Assembly: GCA_051009015.1 (NCBI GenBank)
Contig: JBPCWZ010000010.1
Span: 1-61,615 of the forward strand
Length of the DNA: 61,615 nt
From: Gammaproteobacteria bacterium
GTDB lineage: Bacteria; Pseudomonadota; Gammaproteobacteria; Tethybacterales; Persebacteraceae
Direction: 5' to 3'
The translations under genes and the position numbers were made by a program. Shown here one piece after another: positions 1 to 8,656 of the stretch (positions within the stretch are counted from its first letter, which is position 1; each line of letters begins with the position of its first letter). The notes under the pieces are model-generated. The model was given only the letters and a program-made list of their open reading frames with translations, ran no database searches and was not told the origin of the DNA.

Positions 1-1042
1 AGCCGACTCTGCCGCCCGATATTGGAATATCGGCAAACATAAAGCCGTTTTGCCGCAGGGAAGTAATGCCGGATTCGTATTCGGCAAAGGCGGCGGCATC
101 GTCAAAGACGGAATGCTCAAAGCGCAAACGCCCCCACCAAGTATCAAGGAATTCCCTGCCCTTTGCATGCGATACCATTGCGGCGGCATTCCAATCTTCC
201 TCTTTCCACTGATGGCGAACGCCAAACTGCCGATAGCCATTGCCGTCAAGCCCGCTAACAAAAGCCGCGAAGTTGCCGACATCTACGGCGTTTTCGCTTT
301 GGCAGTTGCCAACCGCATAAAACGGCGCACTTTCACATTCTCCATCATCGCGGCGGTAGTTTTGGTCGGGGAATGCAAGAAAAGCCCCCGTTAGGTTAAC
401 TCCCGCACAATCATATGGAATGTTTCTCTCTCTCCAACACACAGGTCTCAATTGCCTCTCCGCCTTATAAACAGTAACAACCGATAATGTTGCTCTGATT
501 GCGTTAACCGTTTCGCCCAAACAAATAATACGAAAATGTCTTGCCGTCTGGTTTGTACCTGCCACGGATTCCCAATCTGCACGCCCGCAAGTTTGGGTAA
601 AATTCACGATATAAGCAGGCACTTCAAGGGTGTTTATGCTCAACCTTGCCAACGGAAGAAGGAACTCTGGCTCTCGCGGCACAATATGATTACTATTAAC
701 CGCAATGGTGCCCAGATGTCTCCTTCCGCGCTCGTCTATTCTGTCATTGCCGCCCGGCGTTACAAATGACTGCGACGCCAAAACAAGCACAGTTGCCACA
801 GAGCCAATAGTTGCACGGATAACTATGCGGTTGCCCGCATTTTGACCAGTTGTCAGCGTTAGCGTATGTCCGGGAGTTGTGTTTGCAACCACAATATCGG
901 GGCTATAAATCGCCGTGGTCACTACCACCGGGGGATTAACAGTCGCGCTTGCCGAATTGCCGCCGCCGCCGCCGCATGCGCCGAGCATGCCGATGGAAAA
1001 AAGGAGAGCCGCCACCGCGAGGGTGGTTTTGATGTTGAACAT
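1..1042 (-). CDS. Putative lipoprotein of unknown function, 3' end cut by the window edge (347 codons visible)
   Basis: The minus-strand ATG lies at 1042-1040, with AAGGA 8 nt upstream. The N-terminus MFNIKTTLAVAALLFSIGMLGAC-GGGGGNS is a signal peptide plus lipobox (L-G-A-C). I checked every tta/cta/tca on the + strand from 1 to 1042 and none falls in this frame, so it is open to position 1. It is absent from the ORF track because it has no stop inside the window. Confidence 0.7.
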   Translation of the reverse strand, partial: MFNIKTTLAVAALLFSIGMLGACGGGGGNSASATVNPPVVVTTAIYSPDIVVANTTPGHTLTLTTGQNAGNRIVIRATIGSVATVLVLASQSFVTPGGNDRIDERGRRHLGTIAVNSNHIVPREPEFLLPLARLSINTLEVPAYIVNFTQTCGRADWESVAGTNQTARHFRIICLGETVNAIRATLSVVTVYKAERQLRPVCWRERNIPYDCAGVNLTGAFLAFPDQNYRRDDGECESAPFYAVGNCQSENAVDVGNFAAFVSGLDGNGYRQFGVRHQWKEEDWNAAAMVSHAKGREFLDTWWGRLRFEHSVFDDAAAFAEYESGITSLRQNGFMFADIPISGGRVG

Positions 1043-1316
1043 TGTGATGTCCTTTGTTGGTTGAGGTCAACAGGAAACCGCATTAAGCGGTTAAGACACG
1101 GGAATGATAACACAAAAACCGGCGATGGCAACAACTATCCGCCAAAAATCCCGCTTTGTTGTATTTTTATACTATGGCGGCAAAAATGCCGGGTCGCCTC
1201 AACATGTGCCTACACACTTGTATTGCCTATTCCGCCATTGCTGGCGTATTCTATTTGGCAAACAACCCGACTACGGGCTGTGTGAGCAGTTGAGGTTTTG
1301 CGATTATAGCACCCTG

Positions 1317-1633
1317 CCATTCCCGTCCGTCTTCGTCATTCCCGCGAAAGCGGGAATCTCCTTGCTCCCGAAGGGCGCGGCGTTGTTAAATCCCTGGAAG
1401 GGCGACCTGTTCACAGCATGGGGCAAAGCGCGAAAGCGCGCCGCCCCGTGAGTCGGCATTATTAATAATATAGCCCTGTAAGGGCGTCCCCTTCTTTTGC
1501 AGGGCGAAGCCCGGCAAAAATGCCGCCGACATTATCATAACCGCCGCCGTTGTTTTCGGTCGCCCTTTCAGGGCTATGACAAAAGGGAGATTCCCGCTTT
1601 CGCGGGAATGACGAAAGGGGCGGGAATGACGGG
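1317..1633. repeat. MITE-like / nested palindromic intergenic element bounded by ~45-bp inverted arms that each carry an ATTCCCGCGAAAGCGGGAAT palindrome (dRS3/REP-like)
   Basis: The left arm (1317-1361) reads ccattcccgtccgtcttcgtcattcccgcgaaagcgggaatctcc. The reverse complement of the right arm (1586-1633) reads cccgtcattcccgcccctttcgtcattcccgcgaaagcgggaatctcc, and the inner ~29 nt are identical. There is also an inner inverted pair, ccctggaagggcgacc (about 1394-1409) versus ggtcgccctttcaggg (about 1558-1573). The right arm ends 17 nt before the aroG stop codon, so it could serve as a terminator hairpin. Confidence 0.6.
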
Positions 1634-1650
1634 TTATTAATGGTTTGCTG

Positions 1651-2811
1651 TTATTCGCGCAATCGCAAAGCGCGCTGGCGGGCGGCGGCGGCATCGGCAA
1701 AAATCGCCAAAACTTCCTCGGTCTTCTCCCATCCGATGCATGCATCGGTAACGCTCTGCCCGTAAGTCAACTCCCGCCCCTGCACGATTTCCTGACACCC
1801 CTCAACAAGATGGCTTTCTATCATCGCGCCCATAATGCGCATGTCGCCGCCGCTTATTTGCGCCGCGATATCCGCCGCTACATCGGGCTGGCGGCGGTAA
1901 TCCTTGCCGCTGTTGGCGTGCGAGCAATCAATCATCACCCGCCCCGGCAGGGCGCATTTGGCGAGGATTTGCGTTGTTTCTTCCACACTTTTGGCATCGT
2001 AGTTTGTGCCGTTTTTGCCGCCGCGCAAGATAATATGGCAGTGCTTGTTGCCGCGCGTTTCCGCTTTGGCGCATTTGCCGTTTTTGTCAACCGCCAAAAA
2101 ATGATGCGGCTGGGAGGCGGAGCGAATGGCATCGGCGGCGATTTGCACACTCCCGCCGGTGCCGTTTTTGAAGCCGACCGGGCAGGACAAGCCGGAAGCC
2201 ATTTCGCGATGCACCTGACTTTCGGCGGTGCGCGCGCCGATGGCGCCCCAGCCGATAAGGTCGGCGACATATTGCGGCGATATGGCATCCAAAAACTCCG
2301 TGCCGCACGACAAGCCCATCCGGTTCAGATCCAGCAATATCCCGCGCGCCAGATGCAAACCTTCGGTAATGGCATAACTGCCGTCAAGATGCGGGTCGTT
2401 GATAAGCCCCTTCCAGCCGATGGTCGTGCGCGGTTTTTCAAAATACACGCGCATGACAACAAGCAGGCGCGAAGAATGCAAGCGCGCCAATTCGGCAAGC
2501 CGCTCGCCGTATTCCAAAACCGCTTTTTTGTCATGCACCGAGCAGGGCCCGGCGATAACAAGAAGCCGGTCGTCTCCGCCGGATATGATTTGTTCCGCCG
2601 CTTTGCGGGCGGCGAAGATATGTTCGGCAACGGCGGAGTCGGCGGGCAACCCGGCGATAAGTTGCGCGGGCGGCGGCATCTCGCGCATTGTCGCGATGCG
2701 AATGTCATCAATGGGCGGTGTTGTCGGCACGGGCAAAAGCGGGGTTGTGTGGGTAAAAAACGCGCCGCATTGCGCGGCGAATGGGGTATTATTATAACGC
2801 AATGGGCGCAA
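1651..2811 (-). CDS. aroG: 3-deoxy-7-phosphoheptulonate (DAHP) synthase, class I (AroF/G/H family; isozyme not assignable)
   Basis: The ORF is colinear with E. coli AroG as I recall it. Shared motifs include DDIRI, GDDRLLVIAGPCS, MRVYFEKPRTTIGWKGLINDP, WGAIGARTAESQVHRE, SGLSCPVGFKNGT, HIILRGG and IDCSHANS. The ATG at 2811 adds ~27 residues that AroG lacks. The in-frame GTG at 2730-2728 is the more likely start and would remove the overlap with ogt. Confidence 0.93.
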   Translation of the reverse strand: MRPLRYNNTPFAAQCGAFFTHTTPLLPVPTTPPIDDIRIATMREMPPPAQLIAGLPADSAVAEHIFAARKAAEQIISGGDDRLLVIAGPCSVHDKKAVLEYGERLAELARLHSSRLLVVMRVYFEKPRTTIGWKGLINDPHLDGSYAITEGLHLARGILLDLNRMGLSCGTEFLDAISPQYVADLIGWGAIGARTAESQVHREMASGLSCPVGFKNGTGGSVQIAADAIRSASQPHHFLAVDKNGKCAKAETRGNKHCHIILRGGKNGTNYDAKSVEETTQILAKCALPGRVMIDCSHANSGKDYRRQPDVAADIAAQISGGDMRIMGAMIESHLVEGCQEIVQGRELTYGQSVTDACIGWEKTEEVLAIFADAAAARQRALRLRE

Positions 2812-3296
2812 ACAACGGCGAATATCAACTGCATTTTCCGGTATCGCAATACGGCGCGCCTTTTTGCTTTGTCGGCGTGGAATGCGACGAGCACGAAATC
2901 ATCCGCATTAACTATCTCCCCGAAAGCATGCGCAAGTTGCCGGCGCAAAACTACCTCGCCAAAGAAACGGCGAAACAACTGCGCGCTTATTTTGCCAAAC
3001 CGCGCAATCATCGTTTTGATTTGCCTTTGCGCCGCGCGCCGACTCCGCATCAGCGCAAAGTGCGCGAAGTGTTGCGGGATGTGCCTTTTGGCGAAATCAT
3101 CGCCTACAAAGAAATCGCCCGGCGCATCAAAAGCAGCGCGCGCGCTGTCGGCGGTGCTTGCAGATGCAATCTTGCCGTGCTTGTCGTCCCGTGTCATCGT
3201 GTTGTCGCGGCGGACGGCATCGGCGGTTTTTGCGGCGGCGAAAACGCGATACCGGCAAAACGATGGCTGTTGAATCACGAAGGCGTCAGTTTATAA
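2781..3296 (+). CDS. ogt: Methylated-DNA--protein-cysteine methyltransferase (O6-alkylguanine-DNA alkyltransferase)
   Basis: The active-site motif VPCHRVV is present, together with an upstream helix-turn-helix region (FGEIIAYKEIARRI...ARAVGGACRCN) and the C-terminal KRWLLNHEG. The length matches Ogt/Ada-C. The second ATG at 2802 (MGANNGEY) is an equally plausible start. Confidence 0.85.
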   Translation: MGYYYNAMGANNGEYQLHFPVSQYGAPFCFVGVECDEHEIIRINYLPESMRKLPAQNYLAKETAKQLRAYFAKPRNHRFDLPLRRAPTPHQRKVREVLRDVPFGEIIAYKEIARRIKSSARAVGGACRCNLAVLVVPCHRVVAADGIGGFCGGENAIPAKRWLLNHEGVSL

Positions 3297-3312
3297 AAGG
3301 CGACAATGCGCG

Positions 3313-4212
3313 ATGGATGACGATGAATTGATGCAAAGTTTTCGCCACCGGCTTATGTTTGCCGATGGTTGCGCGCGCGAAACTGTGAGCGGTTATATGT
3401 TTGACTTGCGGGGTTTGCGGAAGTTTGTCGGCGGGCGCGGCGGTGTTTTGGCAAATGCCACCGCGCAGGACATAGCCGATTATCTCGCCCATCTGGGCGA
3501 AAGCGGGCGGGCGTCATCTTCGCTATGCCGCATATTGTCGTCAAGCCGCCGCTTCTATCGCCATTTGATTGAAAGCGGAATGCGAAAAGACGACCCTTGC
3601 GAACATCTGCGACAAGTGCGCCGCCGCCGCCCTTTGCCAAAAACGCCGGGCGAGACGGAAGTCGCCGATATTCTCGCCGCGCCGAATGCCGAAACGCCGT
3701 CCGGTTTGCGCGATGCGGCAATGCTGGAATTGATGTATGCCAGCGGCTTGCGGGTGTCGGAATTGGTCAAGTTGCCGGTTGATGCCGTCCGCATGGACAT
3801 CGGCGCGGCGCACATAGCGGGCAAAGGTGGCAAAGAGCGGATAGTGCCTTTCAATGACGCCGCCGCCGATCTTTGCACAAGATACTTCCAAAGCGCCCGC
3901 CCGCAGTTGATAATGAATGCGGGAAAAGAATCATCGGGCGCTTTTTTTGTCAGCCGATACGGCGCGGCGATGACGCGCCAGTCGTTTTGGCAAATCATCA
4001 AAAAACACGCGGCAAAAGCGGGCATAACCCGCCCCCTTTCGCCGCATGCGCTTCGTCATGCTTTCGCCACGCATCTGGTCAATAACGGCGCGGATTTGCG
4101 GGCGGTGCAACTAATGCTCGGACACGCCAGCATTTCCACAACCCAGATATACGCCCAAATAGCGGCAAAAAGATTAGCAGCCCTCCACGCCAAACACCAC
4201 CCCCGCGGCTAA
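3313..4212 (+). CDS. xerD: Site-specific tyrosine recombinase XerD
   Basis: At 299 aa this is a typical Xer length. It has an N-terminal core-binding domain and catalytic-domain motifs LRDAAMLELMYASGLRVSEL and LSPHALRHAFATHLVNNGADLRAVQLMLGHASISTTQIYAQ (the R..HxxR..Y signature). The C-terminal LHAKHHPRG resembles the XerD tail. No flanking att-like repeats were seen, so it is the housekeeping recombinase. Confidence 0.88.
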   Translation: MDDDELMQSFRHRLMFADGCARETVSGYMFDLRGLRKFVGGRGGVLANATAQDIADYLAHLGESGRASSSLCRILSSSRRFYRHLIESGMRKDDPCEHLRQVRRRRPLPKTPGETEVADILAAPNAETPSGLRDAAMLELMYASGLRVSELVKLPVDAVRMDIGAAHIAGKGGKERIVPFNDAAADLCTRYFQSARPQLIMNAGKESSGAFFVSRYGAAMTRQSFWQIIKKHAAKAGITRPLSPHALRHAFATHLVNNGADLRAVQLMLGHASISTTQIYAQIAAKRLAALHAKHHPRG

Positions 4213-4239
4213 CTGCCCCCCCCCCGATTTTCACAAGCG

Positions 4240-4264
4240 CATTTTTTGCCGCCGCAAAAGAATG
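4240..4264. terminator. Weak imperfect hairpin between convergent xerD and dnaJ
   Basis: The sequence cattttttgc-cgcc-gcaaaagaatg has a 6-bp perfect core (ttttgc/gcaaaa) with a bulged extension. It lies 28 nt after the xerD stop. The stem is AT-rich, so terminator strength is doubtful. Confidence 0.25.
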
Positions 4265-4308
4265 ACGCCCTTTCGGGGTTTTAATAATGTCGCCGCTATC
4301 GCGGCGAT

Positions 4309-4350
4309 GGATTCCCGCCTGCGCGGGAATGACGAGGGGGCGGAATGGGG
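4309..4350. repeat. Solo copy of the ATTCCC-N8-GGGAAT palindromic repeat, abutting the dnaJ stop codon (likely terminator hairpin)
   Basis: The sequence ggattcccgcctgcgcgggaatgacgagggggcggaatgggg is colinear with the right arm of the 1317-1633 element (ggagattcccgctttcgcgggaatgacgaaaggggcgggaatgacggg). The stem is conserved while the loop differs (CTGC versus TTTC/GAAA). Both copies are followed by gttatt and then a minus-strand stop codon. Confidence 0.6.
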
Positions 4351-5424
4351 TTATTCGGTGAAGATGTTTTTGGCTTTTTGGAGCCATGATTCGCCTTTGG
4401 GAGTGTGGGTTTTTTGCAAACTTTTGTCAAACTCGCGCAGGAGGGTTTTTTGTTCCTCGCTCAAATTGACCGGCGTCTCCACGATGATGCGGCAGAACAT
4501 GTCGCCCCTGCCGCCGCTTCTTAATCTTGCGATGCCTTCGCCGCGCAAGCGCAACATTCCGCCGCTTTGCGTCTCCGGCGGGATTGTTATCTTTATCTTG
4601 CCGCCGCCGAGTTTGGGAATGTTTATCGCCCCGCCGAGTGCCGCCGTTGTGATGGATACCGGCATTGCAAAATGCAGGTTTTCGCCGTCGCGGCGAAAAA
4701 TCGCATGCGGTTGCACGCGCATTCTCAATAATACTTCGCCTTTTTCCAATCTTAAGCGAATCATCTCGCCGTCATCAACACCGCCGGGTACCGCCGCTTC
4801 TATCTTCCTCGGTGCTTCAATACTGCCGCCGCCGCCGCATTCCCGGCATGGCGATTTGATAATCTGTCCCGCTCCGCGGCATGCGCCGCATGTTTGTTGC
4901 AAAGTGAAAAAACCGCGCGATACCCGCACCTGACCATTGCCGCCGCATGTTGTGCATACCGCCGGCTTTGTGCCGCGTTTTGCTCCGCTGCCGCCGCAAG
5001 AATCGCACGGCGAGGGGAGTGTCATCTTAATGGTTTTTTTGCAACCCAATGCCGCTTCTTCAAAACTGACATGCAAATCAAAAACGCGCTGTGCCGCTTT
5101 TTGCTGACCGCCGCCGCCGAAAAAGTTGCCGAATATGTCGTCAAAAACGCCGGAAAAATCCGGCTGTCCGCCGCCGCCGTGAAAACCGCCGCCGCCGGAG
5201 TGTTCAAATGCCTGATGCCCGAATCGGTCATACGCTTCGCGCTTTTGCGGGTCGGACAAAGTGTCAAATGCCTCGCGCACTTGCTTGAACTTATCCTCGG
5301 CGGCGGGGTTGTCGGGGTTGCGGTCGGGATGATATTTTTGCGTCAGTCGCCGATAGGCGGTCTTTATCTCATCCCTGCCTGCGCCTTTGCTTACGCCAAG
5401 TATGGCGTAATAATCTTCCTTCAT
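4351..5424 (-). CDS. dnaJ: Molecular chaperone DnaJ (Hsp40)
   Basis: It has a J-domain with HPD (YYAILGV...KYHPDRNPD) and a G/F-rich linker. Four CxxCxGxG zinc-finger repeats follow (CDSCGGSG, CTTCGGNG, CGACRGAG, CRECGGGG), then a C-terminal substrate-binding domain. It sits immediately downstream of dnaK. Confidence 0.96.
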   Translation of the reverse strand: MKEDYYAILGVSKGAGRDEIKTAYRRLTQKYHPDRNPDNPAAEDKFKQVREAFDTLSDPQKREAYDRFGHQAFEHSGGGGFHGGGGQPDFSGVFDDIFGNFFGGGGQQKAAQRVFDLHVSFEEAALGCKKTIKMTLPSPCDSCGGSGAKRGTKPAVCTTCGGNGQVRVSRGFFTLQQTCGACRGAGQIIKSPCRECGGGGSIEAPRKIEAAVPGGVDDGEMIRLRLEKGEVLLRMRVQPHAIFRRDGENLHFAMPVSITTAALGGAINIPKLGGGKIKITIPPETQSGGMLRLRGEGIARLRSGGRGDMFCRIIVETPVNLSEEQKTLLREFDKSLQKTHTPKGESWLQKAKNIFTE

Positions 5425-5453
5425 CGCCGCCCCCGCGGATGGTTGATGCCGCC

Positions 5454-7322
5454 TTATTTTTTGTTGTCATCAACCTCACTAAACTCGGCGTCAACCGTGC
5501 TGTCCTCGCTTTTGCCGCTTTCTTTTTGCTCGGTTTTTTCGGCAAACGCGCGCGCCGCTTCTACCAACGCCTGCGTTTTGCTTTGCATCTCGGCGATGTT
5601 GTCGCCTTCTGCCGCTTGTTCCGCTTCTTGCACTGCCGCTTCTATTTTTTCCTTGTCGGCGACATCCGGGTTTTCGTCCAGTTGCCGCCGCACCGATGCG
5701 ACAATGCTTTCGGTGGTATTGCGGACTTTGGCAAGTTCCACCTGTTTCCTGTCCTCCTCCGCATGCGCTTTTGCGTCCTGTTCCATCTGGCGAATTTCTG
5801 CTTCGCTGACGCCGGAGCCGGATTGGATGGTAATGTTATTCTCCCTGCCGGTTTTTTTGTCGCGCGCCGATACTTGCAAGATGCCGTTGGCGTCTATGTC
5901 AAAGGCGACTTCTATTTCCGGCATGCCACGAGGGGCGGGGGGGATGCCGTCCAGATTAAAGTTGCCCAGCAATTTGTTGCCGGAGGCGACTTCGCGCTCG
6001 CCTTGCAAAACACGCACGGTAACCGCCGGTTGATTGTCGGCGGCGGTGGAAAACACTTTTGCGGTTTTGGTCGGGATGGTGGTGTTTTTTTCTATCAGCC
6101 TTGTCATCACGCCGCCTTCGGTTTCTATGCCGAGCGACAAGGGCGTGACATCAAGCAGTGAAACATCCTTGACATCGCCTAGCAAAATCGCGCCTTGTAT
6201 CGCCGCGCCCATGGCAACCGCTTCGTCCGGATTGATATCGCGGCGAATGTTGGCATTGCCGAAGATTTTCTTGACTTGCTCTTGTACCGCTGGCATACGC
6301 GTCATTCCGCCGACGATAAGCACTTCGTCTATTTTGCCGTCCAGTTTGGCATCTTTAATGGCGGTTTCGCACGGGGCTTTGGTGCGGGCGATGAGTTTTA
6401 CCGTCAAACTTTCCAGTTTGGCGCGCGTGAGCGAAGTGACTAAGTGCTTCGGACCCGTTTGGTCTGCGGTAATGTAGGGGAGGTTGACATCCGTTTGCTC
6501 TGCGGTGGACAACTCTATCTTTGCCTTTTCCGCCGCTTCCCGAAGTCGCTGCAGCGCGCTGGCATCGCTGAGTTTCATTCCCTCCTGCTTTTGGAACTCG
6601 TCCAGCAGATGATTGATGAGCGCCTGGTCAAAATCCTCGCCGCCGAGGTGTGTGTCGCCGTTGGTGGAGAGAACTTCAAATTGCTTATCGCCGTCAACAT
6701 CGGCTATCTCTATGATGGAAATGTCAAAAGTGCCGCCGCCGAGGTCGAACACGGCTATCTTTTTGTCGATGGCGTTTTTGTCCATGCCAAAGGCAAGCGC
6801 CGCCGCTGTCGGCTCGTTGATAATGCGCCGCACTTTCAAACCGGCGATGCGCCCGGCGTCTTTGGTCGCCTGCCGCTGGGGATCGTTGAAGTATGCCGGT
6901 ACGGTAATGACCGCTTCGGTCACTTTCGCGCCAAGGTAATCTTCGGCGGCTTTTTTCATCTTTTGCAACACTTTTGCCGATATTTCCAGCGGCGCCATTT
7001 TTTTGCCATTGACCTGCACCCATGCATCGCCGTTGTCGGCGCGGACAATGTCAAAAGGCGCGGTGGCGCTTATCTTTTTGGTTTCGTCGTCATCGTGCCG
7101 CCGCCCTATCAAACGCTTGATGGCGAAGAGGGTGTTGTGGGGGTTTGTCACGGCTTGGCGTTTTGCCGCCGCGCCGACCAGTGTTTTGTCGTCGGCGAAA
7201 GCGACGACGGACGGAGTCGTGCGCGTGCCTTCGGCGTTTTCTATCACGCGCGCTTTGTCGTTCTCCACGATGCTGACGCAGGAGTTTGTGGTGCCAAGAT
7301 CAATGCCGATGATTTTGCTCAT
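5454..7322 (-). CDS. dnaK: Molecular chaperone DnaK (Hsp70)
   Basis: The 622-aa product carries the hallmark motifs [42 protein letters not shown] and VGGMTRMP. The acidic C-terminal lid and tail are also present. Confidence 0.98.
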   Translation of the reverse strand: MSKIIGIDLGTTNSCVSIVENDKARVIENAEGTRTTPSVVAFADDKTLVGAAAKRQAVTNPHNTLFAIKRLIGRRHDDDETKKISATAPFDIVRADNGDAWVQVNGKKMAPLEISAKVLQKMKKAAEDYLGAKVTEAVITVPAYFNDPQRQATKDAGRIAGLKVRRIINEPTAAALAFGMDKNAIDKKIAVFDLGGGTFDISIIEIADVDGDKQFEVLSTNGDTHLGGEDFDQALINHLLDEFQKQEGMKLSDASALQRLREAAEKAKIELSTAEQTDVNLPYITADQTGPKHLVTSLTRAKLESLTVKLIARTKAPCETAIKDAKLDGKIDEVLIVGGMTRMPAVQEQVKKIFGNANIRRDINPDEAVAMGAAIQGAILLGDVKDVSLLDVTPLSLGIETEGGVMTRLIEKNTTIPTKTAKVFSTAADNQPAVTVRVLQGEREVASGNKLLGNFNLDGIPPAPRGMPEIEVAFDIDANGILQVSARDKKTGRENNITIQSGSGVSEAEIRQMEQDAKAHAEEDRKQVELAKVRNTTESIVASVRRQLDENPDVADKEKIEAAVQEAEQAAEGDNIAEMQSKTQALVEAARAFAEKTEQKESGKSEDSTVDAEFSEVDDNKK

Positions 7323-7356
7323 GGTTGTGTTCCTCTTTGGGTGTGTTTTTGGTTGG

Positions 7357-8619
7357 TTATTCGTCTTTGCCGCCGGTTTGGTTTTCGGCGGTGGGTTTGT
7401 CGCTTTCGCTTTGTTGCGCCGCGGGCTTGCTGTCGCTTTCGTTTTGTTGTGTCGCGGATTTGCCGTTGCTTTCGCTCTGCTGTGCCGCGGGTTTGCTGAC
7501 GATGACGCTCGCCGGGCGCAAAAGACGCGAGTTTATGGTGTAGCCGGTTCGCACAGTGTGCACAACGGCATCCTTGGGCAGTCCGGCGTTTTCTTCGGTT
7601 GCAACCGCTTCATGCAATTCGGGGTCAAACACCACGCCGTTGTCCGGACGGACGGGGAGGATGTTGTTCTTTTGCAATTCCGAGTCGGTTTTTTGCTGCA
7701 TGGCTTTGATGCCCTGACGCAAGTTGTCGGCGGTTTGGTTTTCATCGCCGATGGCGAGGTCAAAGCAATCACGCACATCACACATCGCCAAAGCGATTTT
7801 TTCCACCGCCCGATTAACGGCGGTTTCAGTCTCGCGTCCGGCGCGGCGGCAGAGGTTGTCCAATTCGGCGGCTTTGCGCATAAGAAGTTCGTATTGTTTC
7901 GCGGCTTCTTGTTTTTCCGCCGTCAAAGCGTGTTCGTGCTTTTCCGCTGTTTCTTGTAGTGCTACTGCCAATGCGCGTTCGTGACTTTCTGCCGCTTCTT
8001 GTAGGGCTACTGCCAAAGCGTGTTCGTGCTTTTCTGCTGCTTCTTGTAGCGCCGTTGTCAAAGCGTCATCTGTCGCCGCAGTTTTATCTGCTATTTTGTC
8101 GTCGACGGGGGGGACGGCGTTATCGGTTGCCGCCGTTTGTTTGTCATCGCCTTGTTCGGCGATGGCGTCTTCCGCGATTGGTTTGTCATCGGCTGCCGCC
8201 GTTTGCTCGCCATCGCCTTGTTCGGCGATAGCGTCTTCCGTGGTTGGTTTGTCATCGGCTGCCGCCGTTTGTTTGTCATCGTCTTGTTCGGCGATGGCGT
8301 CTTCCGCGGTTGGTTTGTTATCGGTTGCCGCCGTTTGCTCGCCATCGTCTTGCTTGGCGTTGGCATCGCCCGTTGTTTGTTTGTCATCGCCTTGTTTGGC
8401 GATAGCACCTTCCACAGCCGATTTGTTATCGGTTGCAATTGCTTTGTTGTCGTTGCCGGTTTTTTTGTCGGCAGTGCCGCCAAAAAAGACCCAAATGCGG
8501 CGAACGACAACAAAAACCCCGCCGCCGGGTTCTTTGTCGCCGGGGGGTTCGGGGGTGTTGTTGGTTTTTGGCATGGGAAATCGTCTCTCTGCCATTGTCA
8601 TATAAAATCGCCCTGCCAT
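7357..8619 (-). CDS. grpE: Nucleotide exchange factor GrpE with long repetitive acidic N-terminal extension and repetitive C-terminal tail
   Basis: The C-terminal half ([24 protein letters not shown]...[10 protein letters not shown]...[23 protein letters not shown]) matches the GrpE coiled-coil plus beta-domain. It is first in a grpE-dnaK-dnaJ operon. The start is uncertain: the ATG at 8574 (MPKTNN...) fits better if the promoter-like site at 8599-8626 is real. Confidence 0.85.
   Translation of the reverse strand: MAGRFYMTMAERRFPMPKTNNTPEPPGDKEPGGGVFVVVRRIWVFFGGTADKKTGNDNKAIATDNKSAVEGAIAKQGDDKQTTGDANAKQDDGEQTAATDNKPTAEDAIAEQDDDKQTAAADDKPTTEDAIAEQGDGEQTAAADDKPIAEDAIAEQGDDKQTAATDNAVPPVDDKIADKTAATDDALTTALQEAAEKHEHALAVALQEAAESHERALAVALQETAEKHEHALTAEKQEAAKQYELLMRKAAELDNLCRRAGRETETAVNRAVEKIALAMCDVRDCFDLAIGDENQTADNLRQGIKAMQQKTDSELQKNNILPVRPDNGVVFDPELHEAVATEENAGLPKDAVVHTVRTGYTINSRLLRPASVIVSKPAAQQSESNGKSATQQNESDSKPAAQQSESDKPTAENQTGGKDE
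7399..7497 (-). repeat. 33-bp x3 in-frame tandem repeat in the grpE 3' end (11-aa units of the type [11 protein letters not shown])
   Basis: The units occupy 7399-7431, 7432-7464 and 7465-7497 (gtcgctttcgctttgttgcgccgcgggcttgct and two variants). I counted these positions by hand. Confidence 0.8.
7924..8058 (-). repeat. 45-bp x3 in-frame tandem repeat in grpE (15-aa units [15 protein letters not shown])
   Basis: The units occupy 7924-7968, 7969-8013 and 8014-8058 (caaagcgtgttcgtgcttttccgctgtttcttgtagtgctactgc and variants). Confidence 0.8.
8131..8440 (-). repeat. 66-bp in-frame tandem repeat in grpE (22-aa acidic units of the type [22 protein letters not shown]); 3 clean units plus about 1.5 degenerate ones
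   Basis: Unit starts fall at 8131, 8197, 8263 and 8329, an exact 66-nt phase. The unit degenerates after 8394. Confidence 0.8.
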
Positions 8620-8626
8620 TTTTCAA
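8599..8626 (-). promoter_or_regulatory. Possible grpE promoter (-35 TTGAAA, 16-nt spacer, -10 TATATG)
   Basis: The minus strand reads GGGGGTTGAAAaatggcagggcgatttTATATGaca. The -35 element is at 8626-8621 and the -10 element at 8604-8599. TTGAAA also matches the sigma-32 -35 core, but the -10 does not match CCCCAT. This is by-eye evidence only. Confidence 0.25.
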
Positions 8627-8656
8627 CCCCCCGCGGCGAATTTAATGAAAAAAGTT

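Noticed and set aside
536-560. A Neisseria-type DNA uptake sequence (the string gccgtctgg near 543-551).
   Set aside because: It does not match GCCGTCTGAA, and I did not spot a canonical DUS elsewhere by eye. The dRS3-like palindromes and the TTG/TTT/CAA-rich codon usage are therefore not enough to assign the taxon.
1645-3273. A 542-aa + strand ORF spanning aroG and ogt.
   Set aside because: It is antisense to the well-supported DAHP synthase and out of frame with ogt. The translation is Ala/Arg/Gly-rich with no motifs.
3313-4212. xerD as a possible marker of an integrated element or island boundary for the giant gene.
   Set aside because: It has typical housekeeping XerD length and motifs, sits 7 kb from the giant gene among core genes, and has no flanking direct repeats or tRNA.
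4894-7959. Long + strand ORFs over the heat-shock operon (4894..6033, 5439..6161, 6444..7499, 7003..7959), plus 8096..8676 over grpE.
   Set aside because: They are antisense to dnaJ, dnaK and grpE, which have unambiguous motifs. The repetitive [11 protein letters not shown] text at 8137..8676 is merely the antisense reading of the grpE 66-bp repeats.
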